Source: Dehalococcoidia bacterium (GTDB taxonomy: Bacteria; Chloroflexota; Dehalococcoidia; Plut-88900). From it: a DNA stretch of 64,000 nt. Shown here piece after piece: positions 1-9,941 of this stretch; within the stretch, counting starts at the first letter, position 1, and every line of letters begins with the position of its first letter. Where the stretch lies: contig OZ240215.1 in NCBI GenBank assembly GCA_965197585.1, positions 3,072,001-3,136,000 of the forward strand, written 5' to 3'. The notes under the pieces are model-generated. The model was not told the DNA's origin. It saw only the letters and a program-made list of their open reading frames with translations, and did no database searches. Both the position numbers and the translations under genes were made by a program.

Positions 1-16
1 GGACCTGTTCGAAGAG

Positions 17-1318
17 ATGATGAAGGGCTCGACGGAGACGGGGGCGGCCGGAAAGACCTGGTTCACCATGACGCCGGAAGAGCGTAAGGAGAACTGGCAT
101 CCGGCGACGCCCTGGTGGTTTGCACCCACGTCCAACGTTCTGGACCGGGCCACGGCCACCGTGCCGAAAATCCTGAACGAGCGCATGGACGAACTGGGAA
201 TGGACTATGCGGTCCTGTATACCACGCTGGGTCTCGGGTTTGACCGTATCCAGGGTTTCGAGCAGAGGCTTATCGTGTGCCGGGCTATGAACGCCTGCGC
301 GGCGGACCTTTACCAGCCCTATTCGCACCGCATGACGCCCGCGGCGGTGATACCGATGGACACGCCGGAGATCGCCATCCGGGAGATGGAGTACGCGGTA
401 AACGATCTTGGGCTGAAGACGATAATGCTGCCTGGGCGCGTGAATCGGCCCATCCCCAAACACCTGCAGGAGCACCCGGAAGCCGAGGACGTAGCCCGCT
501 ACATCGACGTGATCGGCTTAGACAGCGAGTACGACTACGATCCCTTCTGGGCCAGGTGCCAGGAGATGGGCATAACGCCCGCCTCCCACGGCAGCGACTT
601 CTTCTGGGGAGCGGTTTCCACTTCCAAGTACATGTTCAATCACCTGAGCGCCTTCGCCCACGGCCACGACACCTTTGCCAAGGCCCTGTTCATGGGTGGG
701 GTGACCAAGCGGTTCCCGGGCCTGAACTTCATCTTCCTTGAGGGAGGAGTCGCCTGGGCGTGCAACCTGTACTCGGACATAATAGGTCACTGGGAGAAGC
801 GCAATGCCCGGGTCATAGGCAGGCTCGACCCCCGACATCTCGACCAGGAGATGATACTGGACCTCGTGCGGGAATACGGCGAGGAAATCATACAGTCGAA
901 GATCGATGAGATCCGGGAGATGTACGCCACCCCCGACCCTCACCCCGCAGAGCTGGACGACTGGTCTAACGTACCCATGGAGAACATCGAGGAGATGATG
1001 GACCTGTTCGTGGAGCCGTTCTACTTCGGGTGCGAGGCGGATGACCCGATGAACGCCTGGGCCTTCAACTCCAAGGTGAACCCGCTGGGCGCAAGACTGA
1101 AGGCAGTCTTTAGCTCGGATATCGGGCACTGGGACGTGCCGGACATGCGTGAGGTCGTGGAGGAGGCGTACGAGCTGGTGGAGCATGAGCTTATCAACGA
1201 AGACGACTTCCGGGACTTCATGTTTACCAACACTGTCAACCTCTACGGCAAGGTCAACCCCCAGTTCTTCGACGGCACGGCTGTGGAAGCAGAGGCCAGG
1301 GAGCTGCTGGGCCGGTAA
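17..1318 (+). CDS. Amidohydrolase_2 family protein (probably 5'-truncated by window edge)
   Basis: FLEGGVAW, GCEADD and SSDIGHWD motifs; paralog of the next gene but lacks its N-terminal IDSDGH metal motif, which would lie upstream of the window. Confidence 0.85.
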   Translation: MMKGSTETGAAGKTWFTMTPEERKENWHPATPWWFAPTSNVLDRATATVPKILNERMDELGMDYAVLYTTLGLGFDRIQGFEQRLIVCRAMNACAADLYQPYSHRMTPAAVIPMDTPEIAIREMEYAVNDLGLKTIMLPGRVNRPIPKHLQEHPEAEDVARYIDVIGLDSEYDYDPFWARCQEMGITPASHGSDFFWGAVSTSKYMFNHLSAFAHGHDTFAKALFMGGVTKRFPGLNFIFLEGGVAWACNLYSDIIGHWEKRNARVIGRLDPRHLDQEMILDLVREYGEEIIQSKIDEIREMYATPDPHPAELDDWSNVPMENIEEMMDLFVEPFYFGCEADDPMNAWAFNSKVNPLGARLKAVFSSDIGHWDVPDMREVVEEAYELVEHELINEDDFRDFMFTNTVNLYGKVNPQFFDGTAVEAEARELLGR

Positions 1319-1345
1319 GCACACGATTCCCGATTGGAGAGAGAA

Positions 1346-2788
1346 ATGATCAGCGCAACGCCATCCAGGTCCCAGGAAATCAGGCGCAAGCTCGGGCACC
1401 CGATTATCGATTCGGACGGGCACACCCTTGAGCTAAGCCCCATCCTGCTCGACTTTGTCGAGAAGATAGGCGGAGGTGATATCAAGAAGCGCTACGAGGA
1501 GGCGTTCCGAGAGGCGTTTAACCGGCGATGGTTCACCATGTCGGCTGAGCAACGGCGCAACGAGTTCGCCACGGCCCCCGCCTGGTGGGTCATGCCCACC
1601 GAGAACAGCCTGGACCGGGCCACTGCCTCCCTGCCTCGACTACTCAACGGGCGGCTCGACGAGCTTGGCATCGACTACGCTGTTCTGTATCCCACACGCA
1701 GCCTTCTGCTCGACCGGATTCGCGATCCCGAGGTGAGGCGGGTCGGGAGCCGAGCTGTGAACGCCTACCACGCCGAGCTATACGGCAGCTACTCCAAGAG
1801 GATGACCACGGCGGCGGCCATTCCCATGCACACGCCGGAAGTCGCCATAGAAGAGCTGGAATACGCCGTCAACGAGCTGGGTATGAAGGTGGCCATGATC
1901 GAGGGCCGGTCCCTGCGTCCCCTCGCCAAGGCCGCCGACGCCCCGGAGCACCTGGCTTACGTCAACGCCCGCATGGACCTGATCGGCATGGACAGCGACT
2001 ACGACTACGACCCGTTCTGGGCCAAGTGCCTGGAGCTTAACGTAGCGCCCGCCTCCCATGCGGCCAACTTGGGCTGGGGCACCCGCTCCACGTCCAACTA
2101 CATGTACAACCACATGGCCACCTTCGCCCTCGCACACGAGCCCGTCGCGAAGGCGCTGTTCATGGGCGGCGTCACCAAGCGGTTCCCGGGCCTGAACATC
2201 GCCTTCCTGGAGGGGGGCGTCGGGTGGGCGTGCCGTCTCTATGCGGACATGGTGGGGCACTGGGTAAAGCGCAACGGCGTCGACATCCACAAGCTCGACC
2301 CCCGGCACCTGGACGTCGACTCGCTGATGAGCATGATTGAGGAGAGCGGCGAGCCCTCGCAGAAGGCTCGGCTCAAGGAGATACGGGACCACTACCTGGC
2401 CGGAGAAACTGCCCCCGAGGAGCTGGACGACTGGTCGGACGTGCCGATGGAGCGGGCCGAGGAGATGCTGGACCTGTTCATAAAGCCCTTCTACTACGGC
2501 TGCGAGGCGGATGATCCCATGAACGCCCACGCCTTCAACTCGAAGGTGAACCCGATGGGAGCGAGGCTGAAGGCGGTGTTTAGCTCGGACATCGGGCACT
2601 GGGACGTGCCGGACATGCGGGAAGTGGTGGAGGAAGCCTACGAGATGGTCGAAGACGAGCTGATAACGGCAGAGGACTTCCGGGACTTCACCTTCACCAA
2701 TGCCGTCCACCTCTACGCGGACATGAACCCGAACTTCTTCAAAGGCACGGTGGTGGAGTCGGCGGCGGGGGAGGAGCTGGGGGGCTAG
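1346..2788 (+). CDS. Amidohydrolase_2 family protein
   Basis: IIDSDGH, FLEGGVGW, SSDIGHWD motifs; ATG at 1346 after GGAGAG. Confidence 0.88.
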   Translation: MISATPSRSQEIRRKLGHPIIDSDGHTLELSPILLDFVEKIGGGDIKKRYEEAFREAFNRRWFTMSAEQRRNEFATAPAWWVMPTENSLDRATASLPRLLNGRLDELGIDYAVLYPTRSLLLDRIRDPEVRRVGSRAVNAYHAELYGSYSKRMTTAAAIPMHTPEVAIEELEYAVNELGMKVAMIEGRSLRPLAKAADAPEHLAYVNARMDLIGMDSDYDYDPFWAKCLELNVAPASHAANLGWGTRSTSNYMYNHMATFALAHEPVAKALFMGGVTKRFPGLNIAFLEGGVGWACRLYADMVGHWVKRNGVDIHKLDPRHLDVDSLMSMIEESGEPSQKARLKEIRDHYLAGETAPEELDDWSDVPMERAEEMLDLFIKPFYYGCEADDPMNAHAFNSKVNPMGARLKAVFSSDIGHWDVPDMREVVEEAYEMVEDELITAEDFRDFTFTNAVHLYADMNPNFFKGTVVESAAGEELGG

Positions 2789-2839
2789 GGCAAGGGCGAC
2801 CTCTGATGAGCCTGGCGCACCTTTATCGCGCCGCGCCCT

Positions 2840-2857
2840 GTCACGCTATAATGTGAC
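2840..2857 (+). promoter_or_regulatory. -10 box TATAAT embedded in inverted repeat GTCAC-N8-GTGAC (possible operator)
   Basis: gtcacgcTATAATgtgac directly upstream of an AGGAGG RBS. Confidence 0.55.
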
Positions 2858-2879
2858 GTCGTTACGCTAGGAGGAGTTC

Positions 2880-3032
2880 TTGAACAAAATTGAGGCACAC
2901 AAACTGGACGAAAAGGTACAATTAAACGGAAAACTTGGTACCGCGCTACATGAATTGTTCAAGCCACTCGGGGGAGTGGATCTGGAAATTCCGCCTAGGG
3001 AGCCGATGCCCGAGCCGCCGAAGTTTGACTAA
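2880..3032 (+). CDS. 50-aa FitA/StbC-like antitoxin C-terminal fragment
   Basis: AGGAGG RBS then TTG start; LGTALHELFKPLGGVDLEIPPREPMPEPPKFD resembles FitA-type antitoxin tails; not in ORF track. Confidence 0.6.
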   Translation: MNKIEAHKLDEKVQLNGKLGTALHELFKPLGGVDLEIPPREPMPEPPKFD

Positions 3033-3040
3033 CCCTACGG

Positions 3041-3095
3041 ATGTTGATCCTAATACAAATGCAATTGCCGATTCGAGGCGAGTCACGCCGCATAT
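3041..3095 (+). pseudogene. Frameshifted stub of PIN/VapC toxin N-terminus
   Basis: ATG TTG ATC CTA -AT ACA AAT GCA ATT reads MLIL(D)TNAI, like the PIN start MIILDTNVI. Confidence 0.4.
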
Positions 3096-3139
3096 CGGAA
3101 AAGATTGCAGAATTCCGGTGTCGCCTCGGTAGCTAACCC

Positions 3140-5521
3140 ATGAAAGTATCTCTCAAATGGCTCAGGGACTATGTGCCCGTGTCCCTTGAGCCGAAGGAAT
3201 TGGCCCATAAGCTGACGATGGCAGGTCTGGAGGTTGGAGACGTGGAGGAGGTGGGGCAGGCGTGGGAAGGGGTGTCCGTCGGGAGGGTGAGCGAGGTTAA
3301 CAAGCACCCGAACGCCGACCGGCTGAGCCTGTGTATTGTCGACATCCCCGGCGAGACCCATGAGGTGGTCTGCGGTGCCCCGAACGTTGCCGCGGGACAG
3401 AACATCGCCTTTGCCAAGGTCGGGGCGCAGTTGTTCGACGGCCATTCGGGGAAATCGGTCAAGCTGAAGGCGGCGAAGATCCGGGGCGTGGTTTCCAACG
3501 GCATGATCTGTTCCGAGAAAGAGCTAGGGATGTCCGAAGAGCACGAGGGTATCCTGGTATTGCCGGAGGATGCACCGCCAGGAATGCCGCTCTTCGAATA
3601 TCTCGGTGACAGCATCCTGGAACTGGAACTCACGCCTAACCGCCCCGACTGCCTGTCGATGCTCGGGGTTGCGCAGGAGGTTGCGGCCCTTACCGGCGAG
3701 CAGATTACGACCCCGAATGTGGCCTATGAGGAAGAGGCGAGGGCGGCGGTTGACCTGGCGTCGGTGGAGATAGCGGACCCGGACCTGTGCTCCCGGTACA
3801 CGGCCAGCATTGTTACAGGTTTGAAGGTCGGGCCTTCGCCGGTGTGGATGCAGGAACGGCTGAAGGCATGTGGCATGAGGCCCATCAACAACGTGGTCGA
3901 CATCACGAACTACGTGATGATGGAGTACGGCCAACCCCTCCACGCCTTCGACTACGACAAGATCAAAGATCACAAGATAATCGTGAGGCGGGCGAGGGCC
4001 GGGGAGCGGCTGCTTACCCTGGACGGTGAGCTTCGTACCCTGGACCCGGAAATGCAGGTCATTTCTGACCCGGACGGCCCCATCGGCTTGGCCGGGGTGA
4101 TGGGTGGGGGAGACAGCGAGGTTACGGAAGGCACGACGGAGCTGCTCTTGGAGTCGGCCAACTTCGATAACGTAAATATCAGGAGAACGTCGACGCGGCT
4201 GAGACTGCGGAGCGAGGCGTCGTTGCGGTTCGACAAGGGCCTGAGCCCCGAGCTGCCTCCAAGGGGCTTGCGCCGGGCAACGCAATTGCTGGCCGAGCTG
4301 GCTGGGGGCACGGTCGCCAAAGGCATCATCGACGTCTACCCCGGGGCGAAGGAGAGTGCCCCACTTCACATCACCGAGGCGCGGATTAAGCAGGTCCTCG
4401 GCATCCCGATTGGGCTAGAGACGGTTCGGGGGGTGCTGGAGTCGCTGGGGTTCGGGTGTGAGGATGCGGGAGAGGGGACGTTGAAGGTCGACGCGCCGTA
4501 CTGGCGCACCGACATTGGCATCGAGGACGACCTGGTGGAAGAGGTAGCCCGAATCCGGGGCTACGACGACATTCCCACAACGCCGCTATCGGGCCGGATA
4601 CCGCCCAACGAACCCGACGATGCCCGGAGCCTAAGGGATAGGGTGAAGGATGTGTTGGTCGGGTCCGGGATGCAAGAGGTGGTGAATTACTCGCTGTCGG
4701 ACGTGAAGGGGTTGGAGAACGCTGGCCTTTCGCACCTGGCGCAGATGAAGCCGTTGAAGGTGGCGAACCCGCTCCGTGTCGAGCAGGAGTACCTGCGCCT
4801 CAGCTTGAGGCCGGGGCTGCTGGCCAACGTGGAGCACAACAAGAAGTATCATCACGGGCCCCTGCTCATGTTCGAGGCGGGCAAGGTGTACATCCCAAGG
4901 GATAGGGAACTGCCGGAAGAGCAGGAGGTATTGGCGGGAGTCGTGACCGGAGACCCAGACGACCCGATGGATGGATTCCTCCGAGCAAAGGGAGTGCTGG
5001 AGATGATGCTCGGCAGGCTGGGGGTGGAGACGCAGTTCGAAAGGGGCGAGGGAGAAGGGTTGCATCCGGGACGCGTCGTGCAGGTCTCGGCGCGGGGGGA
5101 GCGGTTGGCGGTGTTGGGGGAGGTGCATCCACAGGTGGTAGAGGCGTTCGACATAGATGGGGCGTCGGTGCACGTGTTTGAAGTCGACATGGACCGGCTC
5201 CTGGCACATCTCCCTGCAACCAAGAGATACAGGCCCGTGTCCCGCTACCCGGGTGCGCTTAGAGACCTGGCCCTGATCGTGGACGCGGATACACCTTCGA
5301 CAGCGGTGCAGGAAGTGATCGAGTCGTTCCCGCTGGTAACCTCGGTGGAGCTGTTCGACGTGTACACGGGGGACCAGGTAGCGGAGGACAAGAAATCGCT
5401 GGCATTCCGGGTGCTGTACCAGTCGCCGAGCAGGACGTTGGGGGAGCATGAAGTGAACATGGTGCAGGCGCAGTTACTGGAGAAGCTGGGTCGGGAGACC
5501 GGGGCGGCATTAAGAGGGTAG
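3140..5521 (+). CDS. pheT: Phenylalanine--tRNA ligase beta subunit
   Basis: MKVSLKWL start, HPNADRL, TPNRPDCLS, RPINNVVDITNY, FDX-ACB C-terminus. Confidence 0.97.
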   Translation: MKVSLKWLRDYVPVSLEPKELAHKLTMAGLEVGDVEEVGQAWEGVSVGRVSEVNKHPNADRLSLCIVDIPGETHEVVCGAPNVAAGQNIAFAKVGAQLFDGHSGKSVKLKAAKIRGVVSNGMICSEKELGMSEEHEGILVLPEDAPPGMPLFEYLGDSILELELTPNRPDCLSMLGVAQEVAALTGEQITTPNVAYEEEARAAVDLASVEIADPDLCSRYTASIVTGLKVGPSPVWMQERLKACGMRPINNVVDITNYVMMEYGQPLHAFDYDKIKDHKIIVRRARAGERLLTLDGELRTLDPEMQVISDPDGPIGLAGVMGGGDSEVTEGTTELLLESANFDNVNIRRTSTRLRLRSEASLRFDKGLSPELPPRGLRRATQLLAELAGGTVAKGIIDVYPGAKESAPLHITEARIKQVLGIPIGLETVRGVLESLGFGCEDAGEGTLKVDAPYWRTDIGIEDDLVEEVARIRGYDDIPTTPLSGRIPPNEPDDARSLRDRVKDVLVGSGMQEVVNYSLSDVKGLENAGLSHLAQMKPLKVANPLRVEQEYLRLSLRPGLLANVEHNKKYHHGPLLMFEAGKVYIPRDRELPEEQEVLAGVVTGDPDDPMDGFLRAKGVLEMMLGRLGVETQFERGEGEGLHPGRVVQVSARGERLAVLGEVHPQVVEAFDIDGASVHVFEVDMDRLLAHLPATKRYRPVSRYPGALRDLALIVDADTPSTAVQEVIESFPLVTSVELFDVYTGDQVAEDKKSLAFRVLYQSPSRTLGEHEVNMVQAQLLEKLGRETGAALRG

Positions 5522-5531
5522 GGGAAATTCA

Positions 5532-5566
5532 CCCTCACCCTAGCTCCCTCCCATCAAGGGAGAGGG
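5532..5566. repeat. REP-like intergenic palindromic element
   Basis: ccctcaccctagctccctcccatcaagggagaggg hairpin; related copy at 39699-39733. Confidence 0.5.
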
Positions 5567-5587
5567 AATAGAAGGCGAGATATTGGC

Positions 5588-6673
5588 ATGAAATTCGGCT
5601 ATTTCAATCAGCTTCAGATGCCCAAACCGTGGCCCGAGAACGCCGAGGTCCAACTGTACAAGGACGCTATGGCAGAGGCGGTGCTGGCTGAGGAGGTGGG
5701 GTTCGAGTACTACTGGCAGACGGAGCACCACTTCTACCCGGAGATAGGCCACAGCTCGGCGCCCGAGTTGTTCTTGGCGGCCCTGGCGCAGCACACGTCG
5801 AAGATTCGGCTGGGGCTTGGGGTGGTGGTGCTGCCGTGCAATCACCCGTTCCGAGTAGTGGAGTACGTATCGACGCTGGATATCCTATCGGGAGGACGCG
5901 TCGAGATGGGCACGGGGAGAGGGGCGTCGGTCTACCACTCCGAGGCCTTCGGCTACGACGCAGAGGGCGCAAAGGAGCTTTGGGACGAGTCGATACAGAT
6001 CATAGCCTCTATGTTCGTCGACGACCCGTTCCCCGGTTGGAAGGGTGTGCACTACGATCTGCCCCAACGTGACCTGGTCCCCAAGCCCGTGCAGAAGCCC
6101 CACCCTCCAATGTGGCTGGCGGCGACTCAGCCTGCGACATTCGCCAAGGCGGCGCGGATGGGTCTCGGGATCCTGGGGTTCAGCGCCATAGAGCCGGAGA
6201 AGATGATACCGGCAATCAGGGCCTACCAGGACGCGATGCCCGAGTGTAAGCCCGTCGGAGGGTTTGCCAACCACAAGATCGCAGCCTTTGCCATCAGTAA
6301 CGTGGACGGAGACTACGCGGTTGGCCGGGACAAGGCGTGTGCTGCGGCCCGGTGGTACTTCGGCGACAACGACGTACCGCTCCAGAAACTCCGCTTCGGC
6401 AGTCACGGGGGCAAGTACTACAAAGAGGCCGCGGGCGGCAAAAGGCAGGGCGTACTGGAGTCGGTGCTGAACCGGAGCAACGACCAGCTAATCGAGGACG
6501 GGATCGTGATAGGCGGGGACTTGGACTCGACGTGCCGGGGAGTCGAGAAGTGGATGGGGCTCGGGGTTGATCAGCTACTGCTAATGGTGCAGGCGGGTGA
6601 GACGAGCCACGAGGACACGATGCGCGCCCTGGACATGTTCGGCAATAAGGTTCTGCCGAGGTTTCGGGACTAA
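5588..6673 (+). CDS. LLM class flavin-dependent oxidoreductase
   Basis: WQTEHHF, PELFLAALA, SGGRVEMGTGRG, PKPVQKPHPP. Confidence 0.92.
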   Translation: MKFGYFNQLQMPKPWPENAEVQLYKDAMAEAVLAEEVGFEYYWQTEHHFYPEIGHSSAPELFLAALAQHTSKIRLGLGVVVLPCNHPFRVVEYVSTLDILSGGRVEMGTGRGASVYHSEAFGYDAEGAKELWDESIQIIASMFVDDPFPGWKGVHYDLPQRDLVPKPVQKPHPPMWLAATQPATFAKAARMGLGILGFSAIEPEKMIPAIRAYQDAMPECKPVGGFANHKIAAFAISNVDGDYAVGRDKACAAARWYFGDNDVPLQKLRFGSHGGKYYKEAAGGKRQGVLESVLNRSNDQLIEDGIVIGGDLDSTCRGVEKWMGLGVDQLLLMVQAGETSHEDTMRALDMFGNKVLPRFRD

Positions 6674-6697
6674 GCTATTACCGCCTGATAATTTGCT

Positions 6698-8071
6698 CTA
6701 GGACGCCACCGCCGCCAGCAGAGTCTCCGCCGCCTTCTGGGCCCGCTGGTAGACCACCTCTTCGTCGATCATGGTGTGGCGGCCGTTCTTTATCACTATG
6801 CGGCCGTCGACCAATACCGTGTCTACGTTTCGGGTGAGGCTGTACAGGGTGATGTCGCGCTCGACGTGGTGGACGGGGAAGTTCCAGGGATCGGAGAGAG
6901 AGCGGATGACGATGTCGGCCTTCTTGCCGGGCTCGATGCTGCCGACCATGGTGTCGGCCTTCAGGGCACGGGCCCCGTTTATTGTCTGTATCTTCAGGAG
7001 GTCGTCCGGGTAGAGGACTTGTCGCTCTTCACGGGCGATGTTGTAGGCGAGCAGGGTGTTCTGCCCGAATACCCAGGTCTTGTTCACATCCATCCCGAAC
7101 CCTACGTTGAGGCTCCGGTGGTAGAGCTCCGGGATGCGGTTGGGAATGCCCTTGCGTACACCGTAATAGAAGGAGTTGCCCGGGACCCAGGCGATGGTCA
7201 GCCCCGAGTCCAGGATGGGTTGCATTTCGGGGTCACGGATGACGTTGCTGTGGACGAACAGGCACTTGGAGTCCAGGATGCCCTTCTCGGCCCAGTGGAG
7301 GTAGGCGTGCCGACCATCCCGTTCGGAGTCTCCCTCCGACATGGACTGATGGGAGTTGAAGGTGACGTCGTTTTCGTCGGCGCAGGCTTTGCCGGCCTCC
7401 ATTAGCTCATCGGTCTGGGTGCCGCTGCCGTAGACGGCTACGTGGCCCCTGACCAGGGTGTCGGGGTCGCTATTGCGCTTGAGCTCTCCCCCGAGGAGCG
7501 ACAGCGACCTCTTGGTGTCGAAAGGGGCGCGGTTTATGGCCATGTGCCCCTCGCCGCCGACGTCCCAGAGCCACGGGTCCCCGACCCAGGCCCTGATGCC
7601 GAGGGCGTTGCAGGCCTCGGCGACGGCGTCGGTGCTGTGGACGGTTCCGGGCTCAACGAAAGAGGTGAACCCGTTGCGCAGCATATCCAGGCCGCTGAGC
7701 ATGGCGCTGGCGTATTCTTCCTCGTCCCCAAGGGCGTTGAAGAAGCGCTGATAGCGGCTGGCAATCCACTGTCCGGCTCCCGCGGAGGAGGCGACGCCGT
7801 CCTCCAGCAGCTTGCTGGGCAGGTGGCCCGAGACGTGGTAGTGGAGGTCTATGTAGCCGGGATGTACCGCCCCGCCCCGGGCGTCGAGGGTGCGCAAGGG
7901 TCTGTATTTGGAGACGACTTCGGCCTCGGGGCCCACGGCGACGATCTCGCGGCCCCGGATGGCTATTGCGCTGTCGGGGAACTTGGAGTTGTCGGCGTCC
8001 ATGGTGATGACATAGCCGCCGCGGATGAGCAGGTCACATCTCTCGGGGGTGTTTTCGTTGAGGCCTGGCAT
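6698..8071 (-). CDS. Amidohydrolase (MtaD/SsnA deaminase-like)
   Basis: PGYIDLHYH, GSIEPGKKADIV, VDTVLVDGR. Confidence 0.88.
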   Translation of the reverse strand: MPGLNENTPERCDLLIRGGYVITMDADNSKFPDSAIAIRGREIVAVGPEAEVVSKYRPLRTLDARGGAVHPGYIDLHYHVSGHLPSKLLEDGVASSAGAGQWIASRYQRFFNALGDEEEYASAMLSGLDMLRNGFTSFVEPGTVHSTDAVAEACNALGIRAWVGDPWLWDVGGEGHMAINRAPFDTKRSLSLLGGELKRNSDPDTLVRGHVAVYGSGTQTDELMEAGKACADENDVTFNSHQSMSEGDSERDGRHAYLHWAEKGILDSKCLFVHSNVIRDPEMQPILDSGLTIAWVPGNSFYYGVRKGIPNRIPELYHRSLNVGFGMDVNKTWVFGQNTLLAYNIAREERQVLYPDDLLKIQTINGARALKADTMVGSIEPGKKADIVIRSLSDPWNFPVHHVERDITLYSLTRNVDTVLVDGRIVIKNGRHTMIDEEVVYQRAQKAAETLLAAVAS

Positions 8072-8075
8072 GGTT

Positions 8076-8540
8076 TCAGCCGTCCTTAGCTAAGTTGTTT
8101 CTCTCCACGGCAAGGAGCTTGTTAAGCCGACGCTGGTGCCGCTCCTCTCCCGAGAATTGCGCCCCGAGAAAGGCCGTCACCACTTCCCGCGCCAGCTCTC
8201 CACCTATGATCCTCGCGCCAAGACACAGCACGTTCATGTCGTCGTGCTCCACGCCCTGGTGCGCCGAGTAGGTGTCGTGGCACATGCAGGCCCGCACGCC
8301 CCGAACCTTGTTGGAGGTGACGCACGCTCCGACGCCGCTTCCGCAGACCATGATCCCTCTCGTGACCTCTCCCTCCGCTACGGCGCGGGCCACGGCTTCC
8401 GCGTAGTCCGGGTAGTCGTCTCCCGGGTGGAAGTCATGGGCGCCTAAGTCGAGCAACTCGTGGCCCTGAGCCTCGAGCCAGGGCTTTAACTCTTCCTTCA
8501 GGGGCAAGCCGGCGTGGTCGGCGCCTATGGATATTCGCAC
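8076..8540 (-). CDS. rpiB: Ribose-5-phosphate isomerase B
   Basis: GADHAG, DYPD, CGSGVG, RHQRR. Confidence 0.95.
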   Translation of the reverse strand: MRISIGADHAGLPLKEELKPWLEAQGHELLDLGAHDFHPGDDYPDYAEAVARAVAEGEVTRGIMVCGSGVGACVTSNKVRGVRACMCHDTYSAHQGVEHDDMNVLCLGARIIGGELAREVVTAFLGAQFSGEERHQRRLNKLLAVERNNLAKDG

Positions 8541-8610
8541 AGTCTCGATTCCTTGTTGTAGTGGTTCGCCTCTTGTCTGGGAAAGTATATCGAGACTGGG
8601 AGATGCGGGT

Positions 8611-9591
8611 CTACACCGCGGTCAGCTCGAACCCGGCGGCGTGCATTTGGCACATGTTACCGTGCTCCGACACGTACCTGTACGCCGAGGTCGCCGCAAT
8701 GACCCCCTGGGCCGTCGAGGTGATGGTCTGCTTCAGTTCCCCGGTGGCGTCGGTCACGTCACCCGCGGCGAACACGCCCGACACCGTGGTCTCCATCATC
8801 TTGGAGACCATGATCTCGCCCTGGGAGTTGGTCATCACTCCCAAGTGTCTGGCTAGCTGGTTTCTCGGGTCTGCGCCGATCTCGATGAACAGGCCGTCTA
8901 CGTCTATCTCCTCTGCGCCGTCATAGGGCTGGTCCAAGGCCAGCCGCTCCAGTTTCTCGTCACCCAGCAGCCCCGTGACGTTGGTGCCGGCCAGCTGGAC
9001 TACGTTCTCGGCTCTCTCCAGCATCGCAAGGTTCACGGGCTCGGGGCGGGTGAGCTTGTCCTTGCGGTATATCAGGTACACCCGAGAAGCGTACTTGTCC
9101 AGCAGCACCGTTCCTTTGATCGCCGCGTCTCCTGCCCCGACCACCGCCACGGCCTGGTCTCGGTATAGGGGTGCGTCGCAGGTCGAGCAGTAGGAGACGC
9201 CCTTCCCCAGCAGGTCCGACTCGTTGGAAAGGCCCAGCTTGCGGCGCTCTCGGCCCACTGCAAGGATGACCGCCGTGCTCTGGTATTGGCCCTCGTAGGC
9301 GGTGGAGATAAAGCAGTTGCCGTCGTTTTGAATCTCCTTGACCTCGTCGGTAACTATCTCGACTTCGAGGTTCTCGACCTGCTTCTTCATCGCCAGCATC
9401 AGGTCGAACCCGTCAATGTGCGAGTAGCCGGGGTAATTTTCGATGATGCTGCCCGTGGCGGTCTCTCCTCCGAACTCGTCACCGATGACGAGGGTCTTCA
9501 TCTGGTATCGCGCCGAGTACAGCGCTGCCCCAAAAGCCGAGGCTCCCTGCCCGATAATCACTACGTCGTAAAGGTTTTTGTTATTGACCAT
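8611..9591 (-). CDS. trxB: Thioredoxin reductase-like FAD/NAD(P) disulfide oxidoreductase
   Basis: IENYPG, GKGVSYCSTCD, GVFAAGDV. Confidence 0.85.
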   Translation of the reverse strand: MVNNKNLYDVVIIGQGASAFGAALYSARYQMKTLVIGDEFGGETATGSIIENYPGYSHIDGFDLMLAMKKQVENLEVEIVTDEVKEIQNDGNCFISTAYEGQYQSTAVILAVGRERRKLGLSNESDLLGKGVSYCSTCDAPLYRDQAVAVVGAGDAAIKGTVLLDKYASRVYLIYRKDKLTRPEPVNLAMLERAENVVQLAGTNVTGLLGDEKLERLALDQPYDGAEEIDVDGLFIEIGADPRNQLARHLGVMTNSQGEIMVSKMMETTVSGVFAAGDVTDATGELKQTITSTAQGVIAATSAYRYVSEHGNMCQMHAAGFELTAV

Positions 9592-9685
9592 GATTTTTGC
9601 TCCCGGATGTGAGTCTTTGCTTAAGAAGGGACCGGATAGCCCTTAATACAAATGATAACTCACCGGGTGTCGGAGGGAGGGGGCA

Positions 9686-9802
9686 TTGATTGGGAAAGAT
9701 TAATAGATGAATGTTAATTGATTGAAGAATGATTGGAAGTTGATTAAAGATGATTGAAGGTTGATTGAACAATGATTGGACTCATAGCTAGTTTGATTGA
9801 AT
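9686..9802. repeat. AT-rich array of helically phased (T)GATT direct repeats, 10-11 bp period
   Basis: GATT at 9688, 9698, 9709 (GAAT), 9720, 9731, 9742, 9752, 9763, 9774, 9795. Confidence 0.85.
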
Positions 9803-9927
9803 GACGCCTGCAAGGGGCACGGAAGTTTTCGCGTGGTGCAGGTGGGCAAGGCGAATGGGGTTGAAAGTGGGTGGCCATAGGAGATTGACAGATTTGACGT
9901 GGCGGGTCGAGGGCTTGGAGATAGTAT

Positions 9928-9941
9928 AGAACTAATGTTTG
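9928..9941. promoter_or_regulatory. Possible LexA (GAAC-N4-GTTC type) box
   Basis: AGAAC-TAAT-GTTTG next to -10-like TAGTAT; one mismatch to the core. Confidence 0.35.

Noticed and set aside
9581-9772. 63-aa ORF with FNQ/IIL periodicity
   Set aside because: By-product of the 10-11 bp repeat, whose period is not a multiple of 3.
9686-9802. CRISPR array or oriC
   Set aside because: Units are far too short for CRISPR, no cas genes are present, and I saw no DnaA boxes or dnaA nearby.
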